Below, piece by piece: positions 30,038 to 42,059 of a stretch of DNA of 64,000 nt. The stretch covers positions 404,736,001 through 404,800,000 of the forward strand of contig OZ024741.1 of NCBI GenBank assembly GCA_964016885.1, in the 5' to 3' direction. This DNA comes from Eledone cirrhosa (Eukaryota). Position numbers and translations under genes: made by a program. Position 1 is the first letter of the stretch, and every line of letters starts with the position of its first letter. Under the pieces are notes generated by a model that made no database searches, was not told the DNA's origin, and was given only the letters and a program-made list of their open reading frames with translations.

Positions 30038-30039
<2 letters not shown>
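29801..30039 (-). mobile_element. 5'-truncated Tx1 copy (3' UTR only), most similar to copy B
   Basis: gaaatccccaatagg...gatagaacaaccctcaactc...gtgcaagtgctcctt matches 36126-36250. (GATA)n on both sides. Confidence 0.85.
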
Positions 30040-30080
<41 letters not shown>

Positions 30081-30321
30081 TGTTTCTTTATTAGCCACAG
30101 GGGCACAAAAGAAGGGGATAAATACAAAGGGGGAAGTTTACATACAATAAAAACGTGTAAAATGTTATCACAAATGGAATTTAAAAAGTTAGTCGATTTT
30201 CCCCAATAGAGGGAGACAGTTTATATGGGTAACACATACCCCCGAAAAAAAATGTGCAACCCTCATCTCCAGGAGTACGAAGAGTTTGTACTCCTTTCCT
30301 CTCCTCCTCCTTTTCCTCAAC

Positions 30322-33300
30322 CTACAGGCTGATATAGAGAGAAGGCCCATTCACTCGGGCCATTCTCGCCACTTTCACCCACCTTTCATAAAATTTGCTG
30401 GGGTACAGCACCTCTCTCTTCATCCTGATTCTTCTTCCAAAGTGGTATTTGAAAAAAAGAATCAGTTGTTGGCCGGAGAGAAAGGTGTCTGACCTCAGCC
30501 CTTTCAACCTTGTCCACCATACAACCTCTTTCGCCATAGCTATCACACAAAGGAAAACCGCCTCTCCTTCGTTTTTGAAGGAGGGTGGCGGTTTGATCAT
30601 GACAATGGACTCGGTGGTCAACTGGATTGGTCCCACCCGCGACAATAGTCGTTCTACATAGCCCCACAGGTCAGTGACGCCCGGGCAGTATATGAATGCG
30701 TGCGCGACGGTTTCTTCGTCTCGCACGCACCTCGGACAGATCTTTTTTGCAGGGTCCCTGCCCGGACGCCCATGTCTGTAGAGCTTGTCTCGAACTGGTA
30801 GAGCTCCTCGGTAGCACTGCCAGGCCAGGGACTTTTGGAAGTTGTCCATCGATCCCGGGCGGAAGGTCCTACCGAACAGACTGGCCAGTTCATCTTCCTC
30901 TACGCCTAGAGTTTCACCGAGCGCGTCGTCGCACTTGCTGCGGATCAACCCTCTATAGAATGACGAAGTGGAGTCTCCACTGATCGCCGGCTCCGCCTGC
31001 CAGAGGGCTGTGAGCGCCTGAGCACATTCGATGTGCCAGTCGCCCATTTTCCTCAGTCTTTGCTTGACCCAGGACTGCAGCTCGGTCAGCGAGACGAGTC
31101 GTGGGAAGGCTCGCCTCACGAACGGGGCCCACACCGGTTGTCCGATGAGGAATACGTAGAGATGCCGGAGCATGAGCGCGTGTTTGCGCATCGTCAACCA
31201 CGGCATCCCCAGCCCTCCGTTTGAAGGGTGTTGGCAGCAGATGGATCTTCTCACCAAAGGAGCCCGCCTCTTCCAAAGGAATCGGAAGAGCGCGCGTTCC
31301 ATTTTGGCGAGCGTTTTGGCTGGACAAGGCACGACGGTCAAGCGGTAGTAGATGGCGGACGCTATAAAAGTGTTCGCCACCTCCGCTCGACCTTTCAAGG
31401 ATAGTTTGCACTCGGCCCACTTCTGGGTGAGTGCAAACACCTTGGCCGTTACTTCGTTCCAGTTCTTCTCCACCTGGAGGTCCGGACCAAACCAGACCCC
31501 GAGCAGCTTTACCGGTCCTTCCGTCCAGCGTCCGACGACGCCATCGGAAGGCATCGGTTTGCCTCTCCACGATCCGAGTTGCAAACCGATGGACTTGTCC
31601 CGGTTCAGCTTCGCTCCTGTGAAACTTTCGTATTCCTTCAGTAAGGTGGCGACTTCCTCGATTTGCGAGGCGCTCGACACCATTACTGTCACGTCGTCGG
31701 CGTAGGCCGACGCCGCTTTCCGCAGTCCCGGTTCCAGAGGGATGCCCTGCAATAGCTCCAACTTCCGCAGTAGTGGCCCGAGAGTCAGTACGTACAGAAG
31801 GGAGGAGAGAGGGCATCCCTGTCGAATGGATCGTGTAATATGGAACGGCTCCGAGAGGTAGCCGTTCACCTTGACCCTTGAGCAGATGTTGCTGTTGTGC
31901 ATTGCAGCAATCCAGCCCCTGAACACGGGTCCGAAGCCTGCCGCCTCGAGCACCGCATCCAGGTAACGATGGTCAACCCTATCGAAAGCCTTAGACTGAT
32001 CCAAGTTGATCAGGGCCCCACCGAAGCCGGGTTTACACCCTACCCTCTCTATGATGTATCGCATGAGGTGGAGGTTGTCGTGTATGGACCTGGTCGGGAT
32101 TGCGCATGTCTGCGCTTCTCCCAACAGGTTCTCGACGACAAACGCCAGCCTCTTTGCCAACACCTTGGCCAAAATCTGTAACTCTGTGTTTAGCAGAGTT
32201 ATGGGCCGGAAGTTGCCTATGTCATTCCCCCTTATTCTCGTCCTTCCTGATTAGTGTGACCACGCCCCCGGTTACAGAACTGGGAATTCTCCCGTTCTGT
32301 TGCCAGTTGCAGTAGACCGCTTCCAGGAGACCGGAGAATAAGTCCGGCATTGTTACGTAAAATTCGTAGGGTAGACCGTTGAGACCTGGAGATTTGCGTT
32401 TGCCGCATTGGCTCAGCGCGTCCCCTATCTCAGTGGCTGAAATCGGCTTTTCGCAGAGCTTTGCCTCGCTGTCCGAGAGTCGCGGTAGGCCGTCGAGGTA
32501 TGGACCGAAATCCATAGTCTCTCCCCCCCCCCCTCCGAACAGCTGAGCAAAGTGCCGCTGAAAAGCCGCACACATCTGCTTCGGCTCACGTATGACGCGT
32601 CCGTTTTGGTCCTTCAAAGACCGAATCGTGGACTTGTTGCCACTTTTTGCCTCCGTCACTCGGGCCCAGCTAACAGCTTTGGCTCCCTCGTTTCCCAGAG
32701 CACGTATTTTGCTTCTGACAACGCAGCCCTCGTGCTTTGCGTCGAAGAACTGGTCCAAGGCCGTTCTCGTTGCTAGCACGCTGGCTACGTTGCCACTTCT
32801 AATTGCCTCTTCTACTTTATCTACCAGTTCCTTCTCGGTTCTATTTCTATCTAACGCTAATTCTTTACTAAAAACTATCGAGTCTAATCTAACTGCCCTC
32901 TTGAGAGAGTACCACCATCTGTTGTTGACAATGGCCCTGTCAAGTGCTGTTTAACTAAAGTGCTAATCCGTCTACTGTAGGCTTTGCTTGTCGGTAACGA
33001 CAAGTTCAGCTTCCGGTAGCCGGGTCCTTGTCTATGGGTTCTATCAAGGTTGGCCATGCAGGTCACTAGTTTGTGATCTGAATAGGCAACCATGAACATT
33101 TGTGGACAGCTTAACATGTCCCTATCCTTATTTCTAACTAGAACCCTATCTGGGTACGATATAGATGTTCCGCTACGATTACTCCACGTCCACAGTGGCG
33201 CAGTCAGAAAATCTAGTCGATATCTATCGGCCAGGTCAAATCGGTCGATTAACTGTTAGAGGCTGTTACACCCCCCGTTATCGGGACATGCTCCCACATA

Positions 33301-33753
33301 GTCCCAACGTGCATCTAGGATTCCATTCCAGTCCCCCACTAAAAGCAAGGAGCGGGACGTTCCCAGAAAAGTCTCTAGACGTTTGAAGAAGTCTGGCCGC
33401 GGTGTCCCGGATGGGGCATATGCGGCCACCAGCCTGAAGGCTCCACCTTCACTACCGTCAACGTCTAGGACCACCAGTCGACCCTCCGGGTCCAGATGTA
33501 CCGTCTGTGTTGCGAGGCCCAGGTGTTTCCGCAGCAAAACGGCAACTCCGCCCCCACCTTCCGGTTGACAGAGAGATGCGTAGATCTCAAAGTCGTCGAA
33601 GATGGGGGCCAGCTGTCGCTCGCTGTGGATCCTGGACTCGCAAATGGCTACCACATCCATACTGTGCGACCTGAGGTCGTTTAAGAGTTTAGCCTGTTTC
33701 CAGGGCATCCCCAGGCCGCGTACGTTCACACATCCAACTCTTATATTGGCCAT
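30322..33753 (-). pseudogene. Tx1 ORF2 (APE endonuclease + RT + zf-RVT), disrupted
   Basis: NVRGL, GDWN, SDHK, DQSKAFDRVDH, QGCPLS and YADD motifs spread over several frames. Confidence 0.9.
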
Positions 33754-33786
33754 GTTGGTGCTGAAAAGTTAAAAGAGGAAAAGAGA

Positions 33787-35694
33787 TCATTCACCCTTCG
33801 TCTCCTGGGGACCAGGCCGCACGATTTCCATGGGGGTGTTGGAGGGGTTGTCTGGATGGGTGGTGGTTTCCGGCGGGGTGGGGACGGAGATGTTTGGTGG
33901 GGTGGGGTCTGGTGGGATGGGGGTGTCTGGGGTGGGGAGACATTTGAGAAGGACGCGGTTGAGTGGTTTCACGCAGGAATTCCCCACATCCTTCTGAAAT
34001 ATTTTTTTTAGGGACCTATAAGTTTGTATAGGGACCCTAATCAGTTTTAGGTTCAGTTTTTTGCTATTTTTAATAGAGTGGGCGAAAGTTTTCCCTTCGG
34101 TTTTCACCGAAAGGTCGTTCTTGATGGTCTCCATTAGTGTTTTGTTTTCAGTGTTTATGTAAGTGTAAGTGTAATTTTCTTGTGTTGTGTTTGTTTTTGT
34201 CTGTAGTTCTTGTGTGTGCTTTCGTTTTCTTGTAGGTATTTTGTTTTCAGGAGGTGGGGGTTTTATTTGTGATGTTTTTGTTGTTTGTGTTGGTGGTTGT
34301 ATGTTTGTGGTAGTGTTTGCTGGTTTTTTGCTTTTGTGATGTCTTTTCTTTTTTTTCGAGCGATGGGGTTCTCCCTCATCTTCACTGGGTGATAGCGAGA
34401 TAGCCTCATCTGTTGTATCGTCTGTGTGATTGGGGAGGGGTATGTCTTGGGGAGCTGTTGTGTCTGTATGTGATTTTGCAGTGGTTTTAGGTGGAGTGGG
34501 GTTGGGTGGGACTGTGTTTATTGTGGTTATTTTTGTGTGTTGGTGTTGTTGTGGTGGTGTTGGTGGTTGTGTTGTTTTGATGGGTGTCGGCAGAAGAGCC
34601 TTTTTTTGGTTCATTAATTTAGGACAGGAAGCCCTCAGGTGACCCCTGCTAAAGCAATGGTAACATGAAGGCCGCCTACCCTCAACCGAAAAGTTTATGT
34701 AGGTGAGTCCGTCCAGGACTACACGTTGTGGGATCATAGCTATTCGCTCTGGGCTCATTTGCCCCAGAACTTCAATGCTAGTCCTATTGAATACATCTCT
34801 TGGGGACTTTCCTACTGACAGTATTCTGTCTTCATCAAAATTGATGAAGCCGCACAGTATCCACCATATGTTCACCTTTGGTGTGACACTCGTGATTCTG
34901 ATCTTTTGTGTTCTTTTTCCCATGTATGTAGGGAAAAAGGTGTACAGGTTGGATACAATTGGCGACACAGTAATTTTGGGCCATCAATTGATCCTTCATG
35001 AGTACCGAAATACTCCCAAAAAGTTTGCTTCTTTGAATGAATGCAATATCATTCATTGAATTTTTGAAAACCAGATCAATTTCTTTCTGTGACAATTGGA
35101 CTGGTTTTCGGGTAGAATTGGAAACTGTCCTAAAAACTATCGTTTTGAGAGCAGTTTCCTTGCGAATTTCTACCGGAGAATTGATGCTGAAAGCACCATT
35201 TTTTTCGAAAGTGACATATCTCCTAGCGTCCTTTAAAAGTTGTTCAGCATTTGTTATGTCGAGATATATCAATTCTTCCTTTTTTTTAACTTTCTCTGTA
35301 AAGGAGATTTTGGTTTCTTTGTGGAATCCGTGTTGTTGGTGTTGTCATTATTGTTGTTATTGTTGTTGTTATTCTTGTTGTCACCGATGTTGGTATTATT
35401 CGTATTTTCCTTGGTGTTGTTGTTGTCTTTGATGCTGGTGTTATTGGTGTTGTCTTTATTTTTTTCTTTGTTGTTGTTATCATTGTTGCTTTTATCATCA
35501 TTATTGGTGTTGCTGTTATTTTTGTTGTCATCGAATTGTTTGGTGTCATTTGTGTTGTTTGGATATGAATTCGTTTTTACATTTTCATTTCGTCTTTCCA
35601 TCTCTGTAGTATCTAGTGAAGAAGAGGTTGTTGACTGCGAGCTTTGTAGTCTTACCGCCTCTCCACCACCATTATCGTTGGACGCAGCGTTCAT
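33787..35694 (-). pseudogene. Tx1 ORF1 (zinc knuckle, N/T/P-rich low complexity), frameshifted
   Basis: Three overlapping ORFs. VEGRRPSCYHCFSRGHLRASC aligns with the equivalents in copies B and C. Confidence 0.82.
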
Positions 35695-35952
35695 AACGTA
35701 ATCAAAATTTTACAATATTTTTTCCAAGATCCTATGGAGAAAAAATTTTTCAAATGGATATTCCGCCCCTGTAGGGGCGAAAATGAGTTGACCCACCACC
35801 TTAAGGTCCAGACGGGGGGGGGGGGGTCAAGTTACATAATGATATAAAATTTAACTAAAAACTGACGTTTTTTTCTTACATAAATTAACGGAAACTTCTC
35901 CGCGAAGTTACACACGTCTGATAGAGAGAGAGAGAGAGAGAGAGATATAGAG

Positions 35953-36016
<64 letters not shown>

Positions 36017-36249
36017 TTCTTTATTAGCCACAAGAGCGCAACAAGAAAGGGGACAATACAAAGACATGCCGGGGATTTTACATACAGTCGTGTAAAAAAT
36101 ATAAAAACAAACAATTTCAACAATCGAAATCCCCAATAGGGGGGAGACGCTACAAATGGGTTGTTTAATACCCCGTCGATAGAACAACCCTCAACTCGAA
36201 GAGCGTGTTGTGCAAGTGCTCCTTTCTTTCTTTTGTTCTCTTCCTCAAC

Positions 36250-39200
36250 CTACAGGCTTATAAACAGAGAAGGCCCAATCACTCGGGCCATTTTCGCTTC
36301 ATTCACCCACCTTTCAGTAAATTTACTGGGGTGCAGTGCCTCTCTCTCCACCCTGATTCTCCTTCTAAAGTGATACTTAAAGAAGGGAATCAATTGTTGT
36401 CGGGAGAGAAAGGCATCTGTCCTCAGTCCTCTCAACCTCGTCCACCATATAACTTCTTTCACCATAGCCACCGTACAGAGGAAAACCGCTTCTCTTTCGT
36501 TTTTGAAAGAGTCTGGCGGTTTGATCCTTACTATGGACTCGGCAGTCAACTGTATTTGTCCCATACGCGACAGCAGTTGTTCTGCATAGTTCCACTGGTC
36601 GCTTACGCCCGGGCAGTGTACAATTGCGTGCAGAACTGTTTCAATGTCCTGCGCACATCTTGGACACGTCCTCTTGGAAGGATCCCTGCCAGGGCGTCCG
36701 TGCCTGTAGATCTTGTCACAAATCGGTAGAGCTCCTCGGTAGCACTGCCAGGCCAGGGACCTCTGGAAGTTGTCCATAGGTCCCGGGCGGAAAGTCCTAC
36801 CAAACAGACTGGTGAGCTCATCGTCTTCGACGCCCAGAGTCTCTCCGAGCACGTCGTCGCCCTTGTAACGTACAATCCCTCTATAGAATGTCGAGGTGGA
36901 GTCTCCACTGATTGCTGCGCCCGCTTGCCAGAGGACTGTGAGCGCCTGAGCGCATTCAATGTGCCAGGCGCCCATCGTTTTCGGTCTTTTCTTCACCCAG
37001 GACTGCAGCTCCGTTAGCGAGACGAGCTGTGGGAAAGCCTGTCTCACAAACGGTGCCCACACCGGTTGGGGGTCGCTGAGGAATACCTGGAGATGCCGCA
37101 GCCTCAGCGCATGTTTGCGCATCATCAGCCACAGCATTCCCAGCCCTCCGTTGGAAGGGTGCTGACAGCAGACGGATCTCCTCACCAGCGGAGCCTGCTT
37201 CTTCCACAGAAACTGGAAGAGCATGCGTTCCATCTTGGCGAGGTGTTCACGGGGACAAAGCACGACAGTCAAGCAGTAGTAGATGACGGACGCTATGAAA
37301 GTGTTCGCCACCTCCGCTCGACCTTTCAAGGACAGTTTGCACTCTGCCCACTTCTGAGTGAGTGCAAACACCTTGGCCGTGACCTCGTTCCAGTTTTTCT
37401 CCACCTGGAGGTCTGGACCGAACCAGACCCCGAGCAATTTCACCGGACCGTCCGTCCAGCGTCCAACGACGCTGTCGGATGTCATCGGTTTGCCTCTCCA
37501 CGTACCGAGTTGCAAACCGACAAACTTGTCTGGGTTTAGTTTTGCTCCCGCCAGCGTTTGGTATTCTTTCAGTATGTTGCAGATCACCCCGGTTTCCGAG
37601 GTGCTCGACACCATTACTGTCACGTCGTCGGCATAAGCCGACGCCGCTTTGCGCAGTCCCGGTTCTAGGGGGATGCCCTGCAACAGCTCCAATTTCCGCA
37701 GTAGTGGCTCTAGAGTCAATACATACAGAATGGAGGAGAGAGGGCATCCTTGTCGAATGGAACGCGTGATTGCGAACGGCTCCGATAGGTAGCCGTTCAC
37801 CTTGACCCTCGAGCAGATGCTGGTGTGCATCGCCTCGATCCATCCTCTGAACACGGGACCGAAACCGGCCGCCTTGAGAACCGCTTCCAAGTATCGATGG
37901 TCGACCCTATCGAATGCCTTAGACTGATCCAAGTTGATCAGAGCCTCACCGAAGCCGGGTTTACTACCCACCCTCTCTATGATGTATCGCATGAGGTGGA
38001 GGTTGTCGTGTATGGACCTGGTCGGGATTGCACACGTTTGCGCTTTCCCTACCAGGTTCTCGACGACAAGCGCCAACCTCGTCGCTAGCACCTTGGCCAA
38101 AATCTTTAACTCTGTGTTGAGCAGAGTTATGGGCCTGAAGTTGTTAATTTCGTCCCCCTTGTTCTCGTCTTTCCTGATCAGCGTTACTACGCCCTTGCCT
38201 GCAGAACTGGGAATTCTCCCGTTCTGCTGCCAATTGCAGTAGACGGCTTCGAGGACGCCAGAGAACAAGTCCGGCATGCCTATGTAAAATTCGTAGGGTA
38301 GACCATCTAGACCGGGTGACTTGCGTTTCCCGCAGCGGCCCAGAGCGTCCCGTATCTCAGTGTCCGTGATCGGTCTTTCGCAGAACTCGGCGTCCGTGTT
38401 CGAGAGACGCGGCAGGCCATCGAGGTATGAACTAAAGTCCATTGCCCCGTTCGGCTCACCGTCGTTCTGCTTAAACAGTCGCGCAAAGTGCCGCTGAAAG
38501 GGCGCGCACATTTGCTTGGGGTCAAGTAGCACGCGTCCGTTTTGGTCTTTCAAAGACCGAATCGTGGACTTGTTGCCACTTTTTGCCTCCGCCACTCGGG
38601 CCCAGCTGACAGCTTTCGCTCCTTCGTTTCCTAGAGCACGTGTTTTGCTTCTGACCACGCAGCCTTCGTGTTTCGCATCGAAGAACTGGTCCAGTGCCGT
38701 TCTCGACGCTAACACTCTAGCCGCGTTGCCACTTCTAAGTGCCTCCTCTACCTTGGCTACTCGTTCTCTTTCTATTCTGTTTTTCTCTAAGGCTAACTCT
38801 CTGCTATGCCCTATCGACTCTATTCTAATTGCTTTCTTGAGAGAGTACCACCATCTATTGTTGACGATGGCTCCCGTTAACTGTTGCTTGACTAGTCTAC
38901 TTATCCGTTCACTGTAAGCTTTACGTGCCGGCAACGACACGTTCAGCTTCCAGTATCCGGGACCCTGTCTATGTATTCTATCACGATTGACTAAGCAGAC
39001 GACTAACTTGTGATCTGAATAGGCAACCATGTGCATTCGTGGACAGCTTAACATCTCCTTGTCCCTTTCTCTAATGAAGAACCTATCTAAATACGATCTA
39101 GATGTCCCACTGCAGTTTACCCACGTCCACTGTGGTGCAGTCGGGAAATCCAGTCGATACCTATCGGCCAGTTGGAATTGGCCGATTAAAGTTTTGAGGC

Positions 39201-39696
39201 TGTTGCACCCCGCTCTACTGGGACATGCTCCCACATAGTCCCATCGTGCATCTAGGATACCATTCCAGTCCCCCACAAAAAGTAAGGAGCGAGACGTTCC
39301 CAGAAAAGACTCTAGACGCTTAAAGAAGTCTGGCCGTGATTGCGATTGCCCGGTCGGGGCATAAACGGCCACCAGTCTGAAGGCTCCACCTCCGATACTG
39401 TTCACGTCTAGGACTACCAGTCTACCCTCCGGGTCCAAGTGTACTTGCTGTACTCCGACGTCCAGGTTCTTCCCAAACATAACAGCCACTCCACCTCCAT
39501 CTCCTGGCTGACAGAGAGATGCGTAGATCTCAAAGTCGTCGAAGATGGGGGTTAGTTGCTGCCTGTTGTGGATTCTGGACTCGGTGATGGCTATCACATC
39601 CATACTGTGTGACCTAAGGTCGTTTAAAAGTTGGCCCTGTTTCCAGGGCATCCCTAGGCCACGCACATTCACGGTTCCAACTCGTAAACCAGCCAT
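36250..39696 (-). CDS. Tx1-type ORF2: APE endonuclease, reverse transcriptase, C-terminal zinc-binding domain (1148 aa)
   Basis: Uninterrupted ORF with VNVRGL, TES, YAP, GDWN, LDRF, SDH (APE); GPGYWKLN linker; KSPGLDG, FRPITLLN, DQSKAFDRV, QGCPLS, YADD, LLGV (RT); CPRC..H..HC. Confidence 0.95.
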   Translation of the reverse strand: MAGLRVGTVNVRGLGMPWKQGQLLNDLRSHSMDVIAITESRIHNRQQLTPIFDDFEIYASLCQPGDGGGVAVMFGKNLDVGVQQVHLDPEGRLVVLDVNSIGGGAFRLVAVYAPTGQSQSRPDFFKRLESFLGTSRSLLFVGDWNGILDARWDYVGACPSRAGCNSLKTLIGQFQLADRYRLDFPTAPQWTWVNCSGTSRSYLDRFFIRERDKEMLSCPRMHMVAYSDHKLVVCLVNRDRIHRQGPGYWKLNVSLPARKAYSERISRLVKQQLTGAIVNNRWWYSLKKAIRIESIGHSRELALEKNRIERERVAKVEEALRSGNAARVLASRTALDQFFDAKHEGCVVRSKTRALGNEGAKAVSWARVAEAKSGNKSTIRSLKDQNGRVLLDPKQMCAPFQRHFARLFKQNDGEPNGAMDFSSYLDGLPRLSNTDAEFCERPITDTEIRDALGRCGKRKSPGLDGLPYEFYIGMPDLFSGVLEAVYCNWQQNGRIPSSAGKGVVTLIRKDENKGDEINNFRPITLLNTELKILAKVLATRLALVVENLVGKAQTCAIPTRSIHDNLHLMRYIIERVGSKPGFGEALINLDQSKAFDRVDHRYLEAVLKAAGFGPVFRGWIEAMHTSICSRVKVNGYLSEPFAITRSIRQGCPLSSILYVLTLEPLLRKLELLQGIPLEPGLRKAASAYADDVTVMVSSTSETGVICNILKEYQTLAGAKLNPDKFVGLQLGTWRGKPMTSDSVVGRWTDGPVKLLGVWFGPDLQVEKNWNEVTAKVFALTQKWAECKLSLKGRAEVANTFIASVIYYCLTVVLCPREHLAKMERMLFQFLWKKQAPLVRRSVCCQHPSNGGLGMLWLMMRKHALRLRHLQVFLSDPQPVWAPFVRQAFPQLVSLTELQSWVKKRPKTMGAWHIECAQALTVLWQAGAAISGDSTSTFYRGIVRYKGDDVLGETLGVEDDELTSLFGRTFRPGPMDNFQRSLAWQCYRGALPICDKIYRHGRPGRDPSKRTCPRCAQDIETVLHAIVHCPGVSDQWNYAEQLLSRMGQIQLTAESIVRIKPPDSFKNEREAVFLCTVAMVKEVIWWTRLRGLRTDAFLSRQQLIPFFKYHFRRRIRVEREALHPSKFTERWVNEAKMARVIGPSLFISL

Positions 39697-39743
39697 GTTG
39701 GTGAAGAAAAGTTGGAGAAAAAGGACGAAAGGTGCACTTACCT

Positions 39744-41612
39744 TTACGTTTCCTGGAGATCGGGTTGTTCAATCTCCATTTGGGTGCTGGATGGGGTGTT
39801 GGGTGGGGCGGGGAAACCTTTCAACAGGACGCGGTTGATGGCTTTGTGGCAGGGGTTGCCCACGTCCTGTGAAAATTTAATTTTTAGGTCTTTATGGGTT
39901 TCCATAGAAACCCTTATAAGTTTAAGGTGTGGAGACGATTCTGCCTTGACGAAAGTTTTGCCCTCCGTCTCCACCTTGGGGTTTTGAGAGATGACCTCCA
40001 TCAAACTCTTGTTGTTTGTGTTGATGTATGCGTATTGTTGTTTGTGTTTTTGTTGTGTTGTTTTAGTTTGTTGTTCATCCGGGAGTTTTCTTTTTATGGT
40101 GGGTGCTTGTGTTTGGGGTGGTGTTGGTGCTGGTTTTGCTGATAGGGGGATGTTTGACTGTGGTGTTGTTTGTGTTGTTGTTTGTGTCTGTGGTTGTGTG
40201 TTGGTGTTGGTGATTGGAGTTTTGGGGGTTTTGTGGTGTTTCTTTTTTTGTTTTTTAGATTTCCGCGGTTCTCCCTCTTCTTCACTTAAAGAAGGAGAAG
40301 CAGCTGCATCCGTCGATGAATAATCATCGTTAGGTGTGTGGGGTAAGGGTATGTTGTGTGGTGGTGGTGGTGTTTCAGTATGTGTGTTTGTGGTAGTGTT
40401 TGATGGAGTGGGATGGAGTGGGGATGTGTTCTTCAGGGGTGTTGTCTCTGTTTTTTCTGTTGTTGTTGGTTGAGTGTCTGTTTGTTTTGGTGTGGTTGCT
40501 CGTTTCGTCTGTCGTTGTACTTGTGGTGGTGATTGTTTTGGTGTTGGTGTTGGTAATAGCGTTTTTTTAATGATGTTGTTGTTGTGTGTTTGTGGACAAG
40601 AGGTTTTTAAGTGAGATGTGCTACCACAGCGAAAGCAGTGAAATTTTCGTCCTTCCACCGAAATGTTTATTTTGTTGTTATTATCAATAACGACTCTTTC
40701 GGATATTTTGGAGATTCTCTCCGGTTTCATTTGCAACAGAATCTCCAAATCGGTGCCCGCCCACCTTTGTCGAATGGATTTTCGTATCGAAAGTATTATG
40801 TCTGTTTCTGGCTCTACGAAGCCAGCCAAGATCCACCCGATGTTAATGCTTGGAGGTATGTTTTTATTTTTATTTTTTGTGTCCTTTTCCCCATGTACGT
40901 AGGGAAAAAGGTCTATGCTTGTGACACTATTGGTGTCACAGAGTTTTTTGGGGCGAGTGCCTCGCTTTTAAACAGTACGGAAACACTTCCGTACTGTTTT
41001 CCTCGCTGGAGAAAATCGACATTTCCTAGAATCTCCTTGAAATAATCTTCTATATCTGCTTGATTAACAAATGTCGGTTTTCTTGACGAATTTGACACAG
41101 TCCTAAAAGTGACTGATCGGCGGTTTGTGTCTTCCTTTATTTCAAAGGGTGAGTTAATTCTAAACCCACCTCTTTCTTCGAAAGTTACACATTTTCTCCC
41201 TTGCTGGAGCATATCTCTTGCGTTGGAGATATCAAGATTTATATAATCTTGTTTCTTGTTGACTGTCTCAGCGAAAGTCATTTTCTTTTTTTTTTGTGGT
41301 ATTGTTGTTGATAATGATGTTATCGTTGTTGGAAATTCTATGTGTAGATGTATCTGTAGAGTTGTTGATGTCTTTTTCATGTGTATGTATGTCAATGGGT
41401 TTTTTTGCTGTGTTTTCCTGTGTGTTATTGTCATTTTTCTCCGCTTCGGCGGTAGAAATTGTAAAGTTTTCAAATGTTGATATATTTTTTTCTTTTGTGA
41501 CAGTTGTATCTATGGCAACGTCCATAGCAGCAGAAGCAGATATAACGTTAATATCTGCCTCTTTCTCTCTCTTTTCTCTATTAACGTTCTCCAGCGTTCT
41601 AGTGTTGCTCAA
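39744..41612 (-). pseudogene. Tx1 ORF1, frameshifted
   Basis: Overlapping ORFs homologous to copy A ORF1 (FRTVSNSSRKP, SVEGR, CCHC knuckle, DVGNPC). Confidence 0.82.
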
Positions 41613-42059
41613 GTTTTTTACTTTGTAAAATCTGATATTTTAAAACAAATATTTAAATAAAATGTTCGCCCCTACAGGGGCGAAAAATGGGATTACCACC
41701 CAGCTGACAATTCAGCTTGGGGGTTAATCTACAAAGTGTTGTATTTTTTTCAAACAATTAGATCGGTTTTTGCATAGAAATTAACAAAAAACTTACCGGC
41801 GATATTCCACACGTCAGACAGAAAGAGAGATAGATAGATATATTTCTTTATTTACCATAAAGGCATAAAAAGAAGGGACAAATACAAAGGGGGAGTTTAC
41901 ATACAATCGAGTAAAAAGGGTATAAAATGAAAATAATCGAAAATAACCTCAAAAGGGAGGGGACGTGATGGGGGTTGCACCCCCCCCCCCGAAAAAGTGT
42001 GCAATCCTTTGCCCGGGGAGCACATGGAGAAGGTGCTCCCCTCTCCTTTACTTCCTTAC

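Larger units (their letters stand above)
30081..35920 (-). mobile_element. Tx1/L1-clade non-LTR retrotransposon copy A (full length, frameshifted)
   Basis: ORF1 pieces (35269-35694, 34835-35272, 33787-34968) with CCHC knuckle CYHCFSRGHLRASC. ORF2 pieces (33256-33753 APE, 32884-33117, 32222-32779, 30322-32172 RT with YADD and C-terminal CPRC..H..C). Bounded by (GATA)n/(GA)n. Confidence 0.93.
36016..41820 (-). mobile_element. Tx1/L1-clade non-LTR retrotransposon copy B (full length, ORF2 intact)
   Basis: ORF1 pieces 41268-41612, 40913-41473, 39744-40829 (CFRCGSTSHLKTSC); ORF2 36250-39696. The 3' end aataaagaaa runs into (TCTA)n. Confidence 0.95.
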
